A DNA stretch of 64,000 nucleotides. It comes from Methanosarcinales archaeon (GTDB taxonomy: Archaea; Halobacteriota; UBA148; JAUWXC01). The position numbers were made by a program, and so were the translations under genes. Positions 63,305 to 64,000 of the stretch are shown in pieces. Where the stretch lies: NCBI GenBank assembly GCA_026016205.1, contig CP061209.1:823286-887285 (forward strand). Direction: 5' to 3'. Position 1 is the first letter of the stretch; the number at the start of each line of letters is the position of its first letter. The notes under the pieces are model-generated. The model saw nothing but the letters and a program-made list of their open reading frames with translations, was not told the origin of the DNA and made no database searches.

Positions 63305-63787
63305 TTACAGTCTCGCTTTCGTATACCCGATCAACCCGCCAGATTCTATGATTTTAAGAATGAACGTCGGCATAGAGGCAACTTGGTATCGTTCATTCTT
63401 CGTCTCATTCTCGATGATGCCTTTCTTAAAATCAACCTTGAGTACGTCTCCTTCGCTGATTCGGTCCGCTTCCTTACACTCCAGCACAGGCAATCCGATG
63501 TTAATGGCATTCCTGAAGAATATGCGCGCGAAAGATTTTGCAATTACGCAATGGATGCCGGCACCTTTCAAAGCCAGAGGTGCATGCTCTCTTGATGAGC
63601 CACACCCAAAGTTCCTGCCGGCAACGATGATGCCGCCCTTCGCTACGTTCTGCGCAAACTCAGGACGGGCACCTTCAAAAACGTGCTTTGCCAGCTCCTT
63701 CGGGTCGTTTATCGTCAGATACCTGCCGGGAATGATGGCATCGGTATCGATGTCATCTCCAAATTTCCAAACGTTTCCCTTGCCCAT
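63305..63787 (-). CDS. leuD: 3-isopropylmalate dehydratase small subunit
   Basis: [37 protein letters not shown]. Confidence 0.9.
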   Translation of the reverse strand: MGKGNVWKFGDDIDTDAIIPGRYLTINDPKELAKHVFEGARPEFAQNVAKGGIIVAGRNFGCGSSREHAPLALKGAGIHCVIAKSFARIFFRNAINIGLPVLECKEADRISEGDVLKVDFKKGIIENETKNERYQVASMPTFILKIIESGGLIGYTKARL

Positions 63788-63788
63788 A

Positions 63789-64000
63789 TCACACCGCCCT
63801 CGGATCTGTAATCTCTCCCTTAATCGCAGACGCTGCCGCAGTGGCAGGCGAACATAGATATACGAATGCTTTGGCACTGCCCTGTCTGCCCCTGAAGTTC
63901 CTGTTGGAAGTGGCAAGCCCGACTTCGCCATCACCAAGAAGCCCAAATGAACCGCCCATGCAGGGACCGCAGCACGGCGCTTCCACGAGTGCTCCTGCTT
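63789..64000 (-). CDS. leuC: 3-isopropylmalate dehydratase large subunit (3' end only)
   Basis: [31 protein letters not shown]. Confidence 0.88.
   Translation of the reverse strand, partial: AGALVEAPCCGPCMGGSFGLLGDGEVGLATSNRNFRGRQGSAKAFVYLCSPATAAASAIKGEITDPRAV

Overview
Gene-dense chromosomal window from a euryarchaeon, most likely Halobacteriota and related to Methanosarcinia/Methanocellia. This placement is inferred from mer, cofE, Thi4, Methanosarcina-type NrdH-NrdD-NrdG, PGF-CTERM surface proteins, GfcR, DUF1699 and CetZ. Most of it is housekeeping: leuS, cca, rnz, trm11, tbp, lonB, prs, rtcA, kptA, nrdDG, thiI/thi4, glmM, apgM, leuBCD, a histone and two tRNA-Arg genes. Accessory content is nine small toxin-antitoxin modules, six of them bracketing two PGF-CTERM surface/S-layer genes. 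No CRISPR array, integrase or transposase is visible. Most notable observations: (1) the histone and RNase Z genes both have ACG where the initiator ATG is expected, 5 nt after a GAGGTG Shine-Dalgarno; (2) a four-gene cetZ neighbourhood encodes coiled-coil/wHTH, PRC-barrel and membrane-anchored proteins; (3) tRNA-Arg(GCG) has a BHB intron that looks built from a dispersed palindromic repeat; (4) an intact Nox/CoADR-like flavoprotein has lost its redox Cys and NAD(P)H-binding motif. All calls come from motif recognition by eye; no searches were run.
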